A program made the translations under genes and the position numbers. A stretch of DNA of 64,000 nucleotides from Macrostomum lignano. Taxonomy: Eukaryota. The first letter of the stretch is position 1, and each line of letters opens with the position of its first letter. The stretch covers positions 186,001-250,000 of the forward strand of contig NIVC01000330.1 of assembly GCA_002269645.1 (NCBI GenBank). Direction: 5' to 3'. This document shows positions 12,801-23,591 of the stretch, in pieces. The notes under the pieces were generated by a model. That model made no database searches, was not told the origin of the DNA, and saw only the letters and a program-made list of their open reading frames with translations.

Positions 12801-15432
12801 AACTCCATCAAATCGTGCTCATTGCCAACACGGATTAATAGGCCCTCACCGTACCCGGACTTTCCAATATGCGACCGGCGCGAAGGCAGCAGCCTGGCGC
12901 CGCTGGAGCGGTGACTGGCGCCTCATTTGGCGCTAAACGGCGCGACATGGTAATTATTGGGTTGCTGATCGCGAGATGATCATGCAGTTTAGAATCATGA
13001 TTATCAGCGTGATGAGAGGCGGACGATTGACATCTCCGCTGCTGGAACAGCTTTGGAATTTTATTCTGAGTTCGCTCGTCCTCCTGGTTTTTACTTCTCC
13101 CCACTGGACCTGACACAGGGTGGGGAGAGCGGCATCACGAACTGACACAGGGTGGGGAGAGCGGCATCACCAACTGACACAGGGTGGGTTGAGCGGCATC
13201 ACCAACTGACACACAGGGTGGGGAGAGCGGCATCACCAACTGACACACAGGGTGGGGAGAGCGGCATCACCAACTGACACAGGGTGGGGAGAGCGGCATC
13301 ACCAACTGACACAGGGTGGGGAGAGCGGCATCACCAACTGACACAGGGTGGGTTGAGCGGCATCACCAACTGACACACAGGGTGGGGAGAGCGGCATCAC
13401 CAACTGACACACAGGGTGGGGAGAGCGGCATCACCAACTGACACAGGGTGGGGAGAGCGGCATCACCAACTGACACAGGGTGGGTTGAGCGGCATCACCA
13501 ACTGACACACAGGGTGGGGAGAGCGGCATCACCAACTGACACACAGGGTGGGGAGAGCGGCATCACCAACTGACACAGGGTGGGGAGAGCGGCATCACCA
13601 ACTGACACAGGGTGGGTTGAGCGGCATCACCAACTGACACACAGGGTGGGGAGAGCGGCATCACCAACTGACACACAGGGTGGGGAGTGCGGCATCACCA
13701 ACTGACACACAGGGTGGGGAGAGCGGCATCACCAACTGACACAGGGTGGGTTGAGCGGCATCACCAACTGACACACAGGGTGGGTTGAGCGGCATCACCA
13801 ACTGACACACAGGGTGGGGAGAGCGGCATCACCAACTGACACACAGGGTGGGGAGAGCGGCATCACCAACTGACACACAGGGTGGGGAGAGCGGCATCAC
13901 CAACTGACACACAGGGTGGGGAGAGCGGCATCACGAACTGACACAGGGTGGGTTGGGCGGCATCACGAACTAACACAGTACAATAAATCTTTCACAGTTG
14001 ACAATCTATTCAATTGCAAAACGCATGCACATCGAAGCACTTGATTTTACTTTTTGCCTGCCTCCCACCTTTGCATTGGTCTGTTGCTTCAGTAACTTTT
14101 ATCGTGTGTTTTTTGGTTCCTTTGTCCGTTCGATATTCACCAGCAGCACCCACAGTCCACTGCAAGCTACATTGTAAAGGCAAATTTTTTCTAAATCCAA
14201 TTAGTGTACCTGTTACTTTTAACATCACCCGTATTATATAAGGATGTTTATCACAGCAAATAATTTTTACATTTATTCTGCATGAAACTGTAGCTTCGCA
14301 GCAGGCCAACCTACTTTAAGTAGGCGGGTGAATTTTTCTTTAAGTTTAACTTAAATCTAGTAAAAAACACCTCCGAATGGTCACGTGAATAACTATCAAT
14401 TTTACTTTTCCCTTTGTCGATACAGACCAGAGCAGAACCCTCAGAACTGTCAGCACCCACTCTCAGAACTGTCAGCACCCTCTCTCAGAACTGTCAGCAC
14501 CCTCTCTCAGAACTGTCAGCACCCACTCTCAGAACTGTCAGCACCCTCTCTCAGAACTGTCAGCACCCACTCTCAGAACTGTCAGCACTCACTCTCAGAA
14601 CTGTCAGCACCCACTCTCAGAACTGTCAACACTCACTCTCAGAACTGTCAGCACCCACTCTCAGAACTGTCAGCACCCACTCTCAGAACTGTCAGCACCC
14701 ACTCTCAGAACTGTCAGCACCCACTCTCAGAACTGTCAGCACCCACTCTCAGAACTGTCAGCACCCACTCTCAGAACTGTCAGCACCCACTCTCAGAACT
14801 GTCAGCACTCACTCTCAGAACTGTCAGCACCCACTCTCAGAACTGTCAGCACTCACTCTCAGAACTGTCAGCACCCACTCTCAGAACTGTCAGCGCCCAC
14901 TCTCAGAACTGTCAGCACCCACTCTCAGAACTGTCAGCACCCACTCTCAGAACTGTCAGCACTCACTCTCAGAACTGTCAGCACTCACTCTCAGAACTGT
15001 CAGCAACTTCTCTCAGAACTGTCAGCACCCACTCTCAGAACTGTCAGCACCCTCTCTCAGAACTGTCAGCGCCCACTCTCAGAACTGTCAGCACCCACTC
15101 TCAGAACTGTCAGCACTCACTCTCAGAACTGTCAGCACCCACTCTCAGAACTGTCAGCACCCACTCTCCGAACAGTCAGCACCCTCTCTCACAATTGTCA
15201 GGAGTCCGGCTGGGATGATGACCCGTCGCCGCCGCTAGACGAATCCGGAATAGGCGCCGCGGGCAGCCCTCCGACTGGCCCGTTCAGCGCCTACAGCCGG
15301 CGCCAGGCGCACAAGCGGCGCGAGGAAATGCGCCAGAGAGCCAGAGTGATTGACAAGCTGGCCAGGAAGCTGTTCCCATTGGCATTCGTGCTGTTCAATG
15401 TTGTCTACTGGATTGGCTACAATCTCTGGTGA
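3810..15432 (+). CDS. GluCl: Cys-loop ligand-gated anion channel subunit, lophotrochozoan-type glutamate-gated chloride channel (485 aa, 11 exons)
   Basis: Phase-consistent GT-AG exons: 3810-3937, 4935-5014, 7419-7486, 8342-8484, 9710-9799, 9916-9998, 10116-10247, 10962-11191, 11966-12130, 12842-12949, 15202-15432 (1458 nt). Signal peptide [30 protein letters not shown]; YDKR; loop [13 protein letters not shown]; loop [12 protein letters not shown]; Cys-loop [15 protein letters not shown]; loop [13 protein letters not shown]; M1 [22 protein letters not shown]; anion-selective PAR motif and M2 [18 protein letters not shown]; M3 [21 protein letters not shown]; M4 [21 protein letters not shown]. 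Exon 12842-12949 (intracellular loop) is the least certain. Confidence 0.93.
5284..5448. repeat. 30-bp tandem repeat (GluCl intron 2)
   Basis: GTGATACCCAAGACCCTACAGTCCTACATA, about 5.5 copies. Confidence 0.9.
5765..6154 (-). mobile_element. Internally deleted Tc1/mariner element (MITE-like) in GluCl intron 2
   Basis: 132-bp TIRs (5765-5896 and 6023-6154, 2 mismatches) beginning CAGGGTGTCCCA; TA on the left flank only. The interior (6021-5917, minus strand) encodes a transposase C-terminus: [34 protein letters not shown]. Confidence 0.88.
6673..7233. repeat. CT-rich polypyrimidine low-complexity tract (GluCl intron 2)
   Basis: (CTCTC/CTC)n-like; immediately upstream of the hAT end at 7299. 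Confidence 0.9.
7262..7299 (+). mobile_element. 3' end of hAT(Charlie)-like non-autonomous element
   Basis: ...GGGCCTGGAGTCAAAGAGTTTGCCAAGCCCTG (TIR CAGGGCTTGGCAAAC) just after a CT-rich tract; the 5' end was not found. Confidence 0.5.
8465..9594 (+). repeat. 44-bp minisatellite that copies the GluCl exon 4 end and its donor
   Basis: Unit GTGCCGGATGTGTTCTTCCG|GTGAGTGTGACCGGTGTCTCTGAG; GTGAGT recurs every 44 nt from 8485 to 9585. Confidence 0.97.
9807..9870. repeat. (GACT)n microsatellite (GluCl intron 5)
   Basis: Starts 7 nt into the intron. Confidence 0.9.
10280..10875. repeat. 27-bp minisatellite (GluCl intron 7)
   Basis: CTCTGACTCTCCCAGATCCTTCAGCCA, about 22 copies. Confidence 0.95.
11225..11832. 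repeat. 8-bp repeat (GATGTCAG)n (GluCl intron 8)
   Basis: Degenerate 5' half and pure 3' half. Confidence 0.95.
12207..12473. repeat. 31-bp minisatellite (GluCl intron 9)
   Basis: GACGGGGAATTCCTTGATAGTGATTGTCGAT, about 8 copies, ending in the near-palindrome GACGGGGAGTTCCCCGTC. Confidence 0.9.
13109..13976. repeat. 31-34-bp minisatellite (GluCl intron 10)
   Basis: CTGACACAGGGTGGGGAGAGCGGCATCACCAA, about 26 copies. Confidence 0.95.
14439..15201. repeat. 22-bp minisatellite ending at the GluCl last-exon acceptor
   Basis: CTCAGAACTGTCAGCACCCACT, about 34 copies; the real acceptor is a degenerate last unit. Confidence 0.95.
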
Positions 15433-15561
15433 CCGCGATGAAGCGAAAACTGATGCTGCTCGCGCGCCAACAACAATGCTTTCAGCAGATGGAACTGCAG
15501 ACTGCAGCTAATAGACATGTTTTTTCTGCATTTTAACAATACACCATAATGTGCTGCATGT

Positions 15562-16322
15562 ACTGCTGCGGTGTCTGTGATGGAGTGCTGCTGCGGTGTC
15601 TGTGATGGAGTGCTGCAGTGTCTGTGATGGACTGCTGCGGTGTCTGTGATGGAGTGCTGCGGTGTCTGTGATGGAGTGCTGCGGTGTCTGTGATGGAGTG
15701 CTGCTGCAGTGTCTGTGATGGAGTGCTGCTGCAGTGTCTGTGATGGAGTGCTGCAGTGTCTGTGATGAAGTGCTGCTGCGGTGTCTGTGATGGAGTGCTG
15801 CTGCGGTGTCTGTGATGGAGTACTGCAGTGTCTGTGATGGAGTGCTGCTGCAGTGTCTGTGATGGAGTGCTGCTGCGGTGTCTGTGATGGAGTGCTGCTG
15901 CGGTGTCTGTGATGAAGTGCTGCAGTGTCTGTGATGAAGTGCTGCTGCGGTGTCTGTGATGAAGTGCTGCAGTGTCTGTGATGGAGTGCTGCTGCGGTGT
16001 CTGTGATGAAGTGCTGCTGCAGTGTCTGTGATGGAGTGCTGCTGCGGTGTCTGTGATGAAGTGCTGCTGCAGTGTCTGTGATGGAGTGCTGCTGCGGTGT
16101 CTGTGATGGAGTGCTGCAGTGTCTGTGATGGAGTGCTGCGGTGTCTCTGATGGAGTGCTGCTGCGGTGTCTGTGATGGAGTGCTGCGGTGTCTGTGATGG
16201 AGTGCTGCTGCGGTGTCTGTGATGGAGTGCTGCTGCGGTGTCTGTGATGGAGTCCTGCTGCGGTGTCTGTGATGGAGTGCTGCTGCGGTGTCTGTGATGG
16301 AGTGCTGCTGCGGTGTCTGTGA
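15562..16322. repeat. 22/25-bp minisatellite downstream of the GluCl stop
   Basis: GCTGCGGTGTCTGTGATGGAGTGCT, about 31 copies. Confidence 0.95.
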
Positions 16323-16926
16323 TCTTATTGATGTGATGTGGTGCAATGCTCTCAACAAGTTTTGGAAATTATGCTTTTTTAATAAGTGATTAATAGCTCA
16401 TGAACTGTTTCTAGGCTGCCACGTTTCACGTTTGAATGTACTCGTATGTAAAAATTGCATCTTTGTAATTTTCCATGGCTTTATTTGAAGCCTCTGATGT
16501 TTTTAATTTGAGATCAGTAGCTGTTCTACATTATGCTATGATGAAAGCGAATCCATTTTTGTAATTAGTCTTTGGCTTGAGAGTTGCTTCATTTGTACAC
16601 AGATACTTTGCGAGCACTTCTTACTTACTGTATAAAGTTCAAAATAATTGCGAAATTTTTTCTGGCAACATTTTATTTTGAGTGCCGTGTCGTCGGGCTG
16701 CGTTCCCGCTGCATTCGAAGCGGCTGTCTCCGTGACCTGAGGCTGCCGCATCATGAAATGTTCTTTTACGAGCGTACGAGTACTGGATTCTGCATCGCTT
16801 TTTATACTAGTTGGAGAAAGCAATCATAGTTGGCTCGGGTGACAGGCAGCTGGAATGTATCTATCTATCTATCAGGTGTATCACCTGCCTGCCTGCAATT
16901 AGTGATCCCGCTGACTAAAATAGGTG

Positions 16927-17652
<726 letters not shown>

Positions 17653-19204
17653 AAGGTTTTAAATGGCTGCCTTCGAGCCGCCCCCGCAGGCTCCCCAGTG
17701 GCAGGCCCGGCTGGCCAGTTAATCCAGCTAAATGCCTCCCCAAAAAAGTTGAGAGCCGCTCAAACAGTCGAGAGTCGCTCATTTGCATTGGCCAGATGGC
17801 AGTTGGAAAAACAATTCGTGGAACGATGATGGATGGCCATCGCTAGCAGCCCAGCTGCGTGTGGAGAGTCCGGTTAGCCTCGGGCCTCGAAGCGGACGCC
17901 AGGCAAGGTGAAAGAAGAAAGCAGAGGAAAGCCAGAGCTGCCTGGGAACTGACAGATTAGAGGAACTGGAGAAGACGGTGGGTGCCCCCTGACCAGCAGC
18001 AGCGGGTCCCTCGGAAACAAAGTGAGCGCTTCGGAGAATAAATGAATGTAAAAAATTGCGCAGTTACAGCAGCGAGAGTTGAGCATCATTAATGAGCTGA
18101 GCACGGAACTGTCCTGTAGAGCTGAATCTAATCATTAAGGACAAGCGTGCTTCGTTCGCGCCTAAATTTGCCTAATTTGCTTTCTAATTGCTTTCGTGCA
18201 ATTAATTCTCTTTTTGCCTCGCTTATTTGGCTCACTGTGGCCAGGTGTGGCAGCCAACGGTGCACCTTGAGGGCTGGGAACAACTGGTACATTGCTGGCA
18301 ACTGTGGAGGGTCAGATGGTCGCTCGTCCGGTAGCCCTTAGGTAGGCAGCAGAGATTCTCTGGCCTGAAAACTTCGGAGAGGCCTGTCCTGAGTAAAGGC
18401 CCCATCGCTCACTGTGGTTGCCTTATGTAGTAAAGCACGCTACCTGTGCGTACTAACCGCGGCCAATTCTGCTTAACTCCAGAGTCTTATGCTCAGCTTT
18501 GCAGTATATAATCATCATTGTTTTTCCAATCCAGACGCAATTGATTTCGCTAATTGGTACAATTAATTTAATAGAAATCTCCAACATAAATGGGTGAGCT
18601 TTCTAAAAATATCTAAAGAAAAATTAATTTTCTGGAAATCACTTTGCACCTGGGGGGGGGTGAAGTGCAATCGTCAGTGCAGGTGGAGGGGGGGGTTGAA
18701 ATGCAAGAAGCGAAACAACAGACTGCACGGTCGCTCCATAAATGTACCTGAGCAGCCGCTCAGGTGGATGGTTGATCAGCTAATGAATTGGCCTGGGCCA
18801 TCCGCCCCATCCCAGCGACTAACTGTTGACAGACTTCATTGGCTGGGGAAGAAGGCTGAGCAGTGCTCAAGCCACCTCTGTTTACGTGAATTCCCAAGCC
18901 TGCCCGCCTCCGTGACTTGTTTCCAAGGTCTGCTCGAAGCCTTTGGTCGTCCTCTCTCTCTCCATCTCTCTCTCTCTCTCTCTCTCACTTTGCTCTGCCT
19001 CGCAACACACTGAGTTCCCCAACCCTCCCCATCCTTTGCTACTTCTCGGCCTCAAAATCCTCAAATTCCGGCCCGTGCAGCTACGAGAGGGAGAGAGAGT
19101 AGCAACTGGCAAGTCACACCCCCTCCCATTATTGAATCCGGCATCTCTCTTTCTTCCAACTCCTAAGGCTCAGTTCTTAAATCCCATCGCGAAGTGAGCT
19201 GCTC

Positions 19205-19210
19205 TATAAA
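19205..19210 (+). promoter_or_regulatory. Candidate TATA box for the putative upstream PPEF exon
   Basis: cTATAAAg about 160 nt upstream of ATG 19366. Confidence 0.3.
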
Positions 19211-19365
19211 GTCTAAAAGTAGGCCGGCCTCTCTTAATCTGTCAATTTTAGTCAATAATTTGACACCAATCTGCCTCGCGGTAAATAAGCATTGATATAA
19301 AACTGGGAAATTGCATCAGTTGATAGAGTGATATCTTGCATCTGTCTGATTCACCGGCTCCCGAC

Positions 19366-19376
19366 ATGCTCAGCAG
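19366..19376 (+). CDS. Putative alternative first coding exon of PPEF (ATG CTC AGC AG|gtgagt)
   Basis: Strong donor CAG|GTGAGT at 19377. Its phase 2 joins acceptor ttcaattcag| (exon starts 23456) in frame with the PPEF ORF, adding 49 aa before MGCG. TATAAA at 19205-19210. Inferred from sequence only. Confidence 0.45.
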
Positions 19377-19429
19377 GTGAGTTGAATAGATTTAATCATC
19401 TTATAGTAACTGTACTCAAGTATATTCAT

Positions 19430-20581
19430 GAAGAAGGCGGAGAGAAGGAGAAAGTAAAGAAGAAGAGGTTAGAGAAAGAGAAAGTAGAGAGGAGAGGGTA
19501 GAGGGGAGGGTAGAGAAGGAGAGGGAAGAGAAGGAGAGGTTAGAGAGGAGAGGGTAGAGAAGAAGAAGGCAGAGAAAGAGAGAGTAGAGGAGAGAGTAAA
19601 GAACGAGAGGGTAGAGAGGAGAGGGTAGAGAGGAGAGGGTAGAGAGGAGAGGGTAGAGAGGAGAGGGTAGAGAAGAGAGGGTAGAGAGGAGAGGGTAGAG
19701 AGGAGAGGGTAGAGAGGAGAGGGTAGAGAAGAGAGGGTAGAGAGGAGAGGGTAGAGAAGAGAGGGTAGAGAGGAGAGGGTAGAGAAGGAGAGGGTTGAGA
19801 AGGAGAGGGTAGAGAGGAGAGGGTAGAGAGGAGAGGGTAGAGAGGAGAGGGTAGAGAGGAGAGGGTAGAGAAGAGAGGGTAGAGAGGAGAGGGTAGAGAA
19901 GAGAGGGTAGAGAGGAGAGGGTAGAGAAGGAGAGGGTAGAGAAGGAGAGGGTAGAGAGGAGAGGGTAGAGAGGAGAGGGTAGAGAAGGAGAGGGTAGAGA
20001 GGAGAGGGTAGAGAGGAGAGGGTAGAGAAGGAGAGGGTAGAGAGGAGAGGGTAGAGAAGAAGAAGGCAGAGAAAGAGAGAGTAGAGGAGAGAGTAAAGAA
20101 CGAGAGGGTAGAGAGGAGAGGGTAGAGAGGAGAGGGTAGAGAGGAGAGGGTAGAGAGGAGAGGGTAGAGAGGAGAGGGTAGAGAAGAGAGGGTAGAGAGG
20201 AGAGGGTAGAGAGGAGAGGGTAGAGAGGAGAGGGTAGAGAAGAGAGGGTAGAGAGGAGAGGGTAGAGAAGAGAGGGTAGAGAGGAGAGGGTAGAGAAGGA
20301 GAGGGTTGAGAAGGAGAGGGTAGAGAGGAGAGGGTAGAGAGGAGAGGGTAGAGAGGAGAGGGTAGAGAGGAGAGGGTAGAGAAGAGAGGGTAGAGAGGAG
20401 AGGGTAGAGAAGAGAGGGTAGAGAGGAGAGGGTAGAGAAGGAGAGGGTAGAGAAGGAGAGGGTAGAGAGGAGAGGGTAGAGAGGAGAGGGTAGAGAAGGA
20501 GAGGGTAGAGAGGAGAGGGTAGAGAGGAGAGGGTAGAGAAGGAGAGGGTAGAGAGGAGAGGGTAGAGAGGAGAGGGTAGAG
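19430..20581. repeat. 14-bp purine-rich repeat GAGGGTAGAGAGGA with an internal ~0.5-kb duplication
   Basis: The diagnostic block GAAGGCAGAGAAAAG...GTAAAGAACG occurs near 19565 and again near 20062. Confidence 0.92.
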
Positions 20582-21385
20582 CGGGAGAATTTAGACTAGA
20601 GCGAGAGAGACATAGTGGAGAGAAGTAGACAGTAGGGATAGGGGGGGGTTAACTACTTGCACGCCATTGCACAGCGGTAGGGCAAGTGGGGCAGACCAAA
20701 TTCTCCAGACAGCAAATAACAAAATACCGTCACTCCAAAATGGGATACGGACTTGGATACGTGGGAATTATCGGTTGGAAAAATCCGAGATTCAAAAAAT
20801 TCCCGGATTACGGCACCAGCCTGCAGTTGATAGGATTTCAAAGAGTTATCCCCCAGCACGCGATCTCTCTCTTGTCTCTTGAGCGAAAAAGGCGAACAGA
20901 ATATGCACTGTAGCAGTGCAAATCAATTTGGTCAGTTTGAAATAATACACTGAAGCAATAAGCATCGGTTTAAGCCATAGACAATACGAGCCAGTTGAAG
21001 CACCTGGATGGGCTGTGGGGCACCTTCAACGCCTTCGGTGACACCGTCGCTGCACAACCAGCGGAGAGGCAATTCTGCCCTCATACACGCACTCACACAC
21101 ACGCTCACTCGGTGTGTACAGCGGCCCTGACTTTCTAATCGTCAGGCATATACACTCTCTGTCATGGGGTTTAGTCCTCATGGCTGTGAATGCAGCCAGA
21201 AAACGAACTAGGGATTGATTTTGACAGACAGTGAGAACAGGAGCTTGCTTTTATTCCCCTGCCTGTCGTGGGTGTCAAAGACTCCCCATTATAACGGCTG
21301 CCTACTCAGATTTTGATTAAACTGTCCCGCTATAGTAGCTACTTTAAGTAGCAATCTCTGCGTTCAGTAGGCTGAGCAGTGCTCA

Positions 21386-21438
21386 AGCAGCAAAGCAGCA
21401 AAGCAGCAAAGCAGCAAAGCAGCAAAGCAGCAAAGCAG
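21386..21438. repeat. (GCAGCAAA)n short repeat
   Basis: About 6.5 copies. Confidence 0.85.
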
Positions 21439-22845
21439 CCGTCCCTCAAACCGTCAATAACGAAGCAAAATAATTTCTTAGCGCATGCTCTGGCTGGCAA
21501 AAATCTCCCCCCACTCCGCTTCCCTTAGTCCCATGGGGTGAGACAGAGAGAAAAGTAAAAAAAGAATCGAACTCGCTGCTCTGCATTTCCTTCATCTTTC
21601 ATATTGAATTGGAGAGAGCGGTCGCACCAGCTTCACTCGCTGGCCAGCCGCCAATTCCCAGCTGGGTGACGAATGCCAAATCCTTCGCTTCTATTTCTGT
21701 CCCCAGTTACTGAGGTCCAGCCTCTCAGTAAAGAGAGAGAAGAGTGGATAAAAGAGGATGAGGAGAGGCTGCGCATGAATTGGCGCTGGTCCTCATCGCA
21801 CGTGTCCCGCTCCTAAGCGGCGGATGGGTGGTACAAATTTATGGAATTCTTTTTTTACAAAAAAGAAGAGCGACTGCAGTTGCAGCTGCTCTCCGCTTTT
21901 GGTTGATATAAATTTCTCTCTCGCCCCATTCCCCTGGTCAGCCAGACTTGATGAACTGCGGGCTGCCTCGACCCGAGAAGATGATCTAAGAAAAAACTCT
22001 GTACTGGAAGGGAAACTTGTGTGTTGCAAAAAGCAGTTTCATGAGTTTTAGTACTAAAGATTTCAAAGCATCTGCGTTTTCTAAAAACGAAGTTCAAGAA
22101 AGAAACAGTAACTTCATAACACCTAGTCGTCCTAGAGAATAAACCATAAAGCTGGCTGCAGGTGTCCAGGTTACACGCTATCGATAAGATAACTAATTAT
22201 AATAGCCAGCCGTTTGATTCAACGGACTCCTTATAAACAGGTTTCTAAAGGGGAATAAATTCTCTGTAGCTTTATTAATTATAATTATGGGATTTGAGGT
22301 CCAAACAAATAATCAATGCTTGACAACTGAAACAGAAGGGCGCAGCACTCGGGTTTCTTAGAAATGAGCTGGAAGCCGGTAAGGAACGTACGCTAGTACG
22401 GTTTTCCGTATCGCCAGTGCATTTAGTATGCCCTAGAGAGCACAGATTCTATCTACCCTCTGCAGAGCGAAAACCCCCGGGGTTCAGACCATAGACTATA
22501 GCTTCTGCTGCTCTCAAGACATTTAGAAGCAGCTCGTGTCTGTGGCCCAAACCCCGGGATTTTCGGTGCCCTCGGAGACACTTAAATACATTAGCGAATG
22601 CTGTAGTGACATACCTAGATAATATAGAATCTGTGCTAGAGAAAGCATTGCGCTGAATGAGGTTTTGCCATAGACAAATTTGTTCGAGAAAAATCCTCGA
22701 GAACATACTTGCTTGATTCTGTGTGCAGAACTACTGATATTGTCTATGGCAAATCTCCTTCAGGTCCAACTGAAAACCCCTCGTCCCTCCAGCGTGCAGG
22801 ATTGATTTTGTCTATGGTTGAACTTCATTGTCTATGACTAAAAAA

Positions 22846-23137
22846 GCCCGCAAAGCCTCTCTATCCGGCCCTCGGGTCCTTTGAAACTTCACAATAGCAA
22901 TCCGGCCCCGCTCAAGGTTTGTGTCTTCTCTCAGCTCTCTTTCTCTAATCTCCTTTCCTTTCTCATCTTCCCTCTCTCTTCTCTCCCCTCATCTCCCTTC
23001 CTAGTTCTATCCCCTTCCCTCCTCTCTACTCTCATCTCCGCTCTCCCCTCTGTCCTCTTTCCCCTCCTCTCTCCTCTCCTCGTCTCCACACCCCTGTCTC
23101 CTCCCTCTGGCCCGCGATCATAGTTAGCCGACCCCTG
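22846..23137 (+). mobile_element. 5'-truncated hAT(Charlie)-like MITE with internal CT tract
   Basis: Ends GGCCCGCGATCATAGTTAGCCGACCCCTG followed by TTCTAAAT (Charlie-type target site). Shares internal motifs (caaagcctct..atc..gccc..ttgaaact..gctcaa..ttg.tgtct) with 53073-53490. Confidence 0.6.
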
Positions 23138-23591
23138 TTCTAAATGCACCAGCAGTCTAGCGGTAGATTCTGCATTCAGTGGCAAGAGAGTTCGCAATCC
23201 GAAATCCCATAGGTTACCGAATAGTGCCTGCTCAGATACGGGCGTTAGCAACTGAGGGACTTACGTACAGAGAGGGGAAGAGAGCTGTCTAATCTAAAAC
23301 CGGTCCACCCACCTCATTTAGTTTGTCGCCTCCAACACTTTGGGAAACTATATTAGTGAGAGAAAAAAGTGTCGGGGAAAATTAGCCCAGTTTTGGGGAA
23401 ATTTTCAGCCTAAAGCGCCGCGTCATCTCCTCACCCATCCGGACTTTCAATTCAGACTATTGAAGTCCCGATCGGAGAAACGCAACGCCAACAGCGCAGC
23501 GGCGGTGGCGACGACGGCGGCTAACGCCAGGTCGAAGAGCAGCAACCGCAGCAGCAGCTGGGCCAGCGGCATCCGCTTGCGCACCGGCGGC

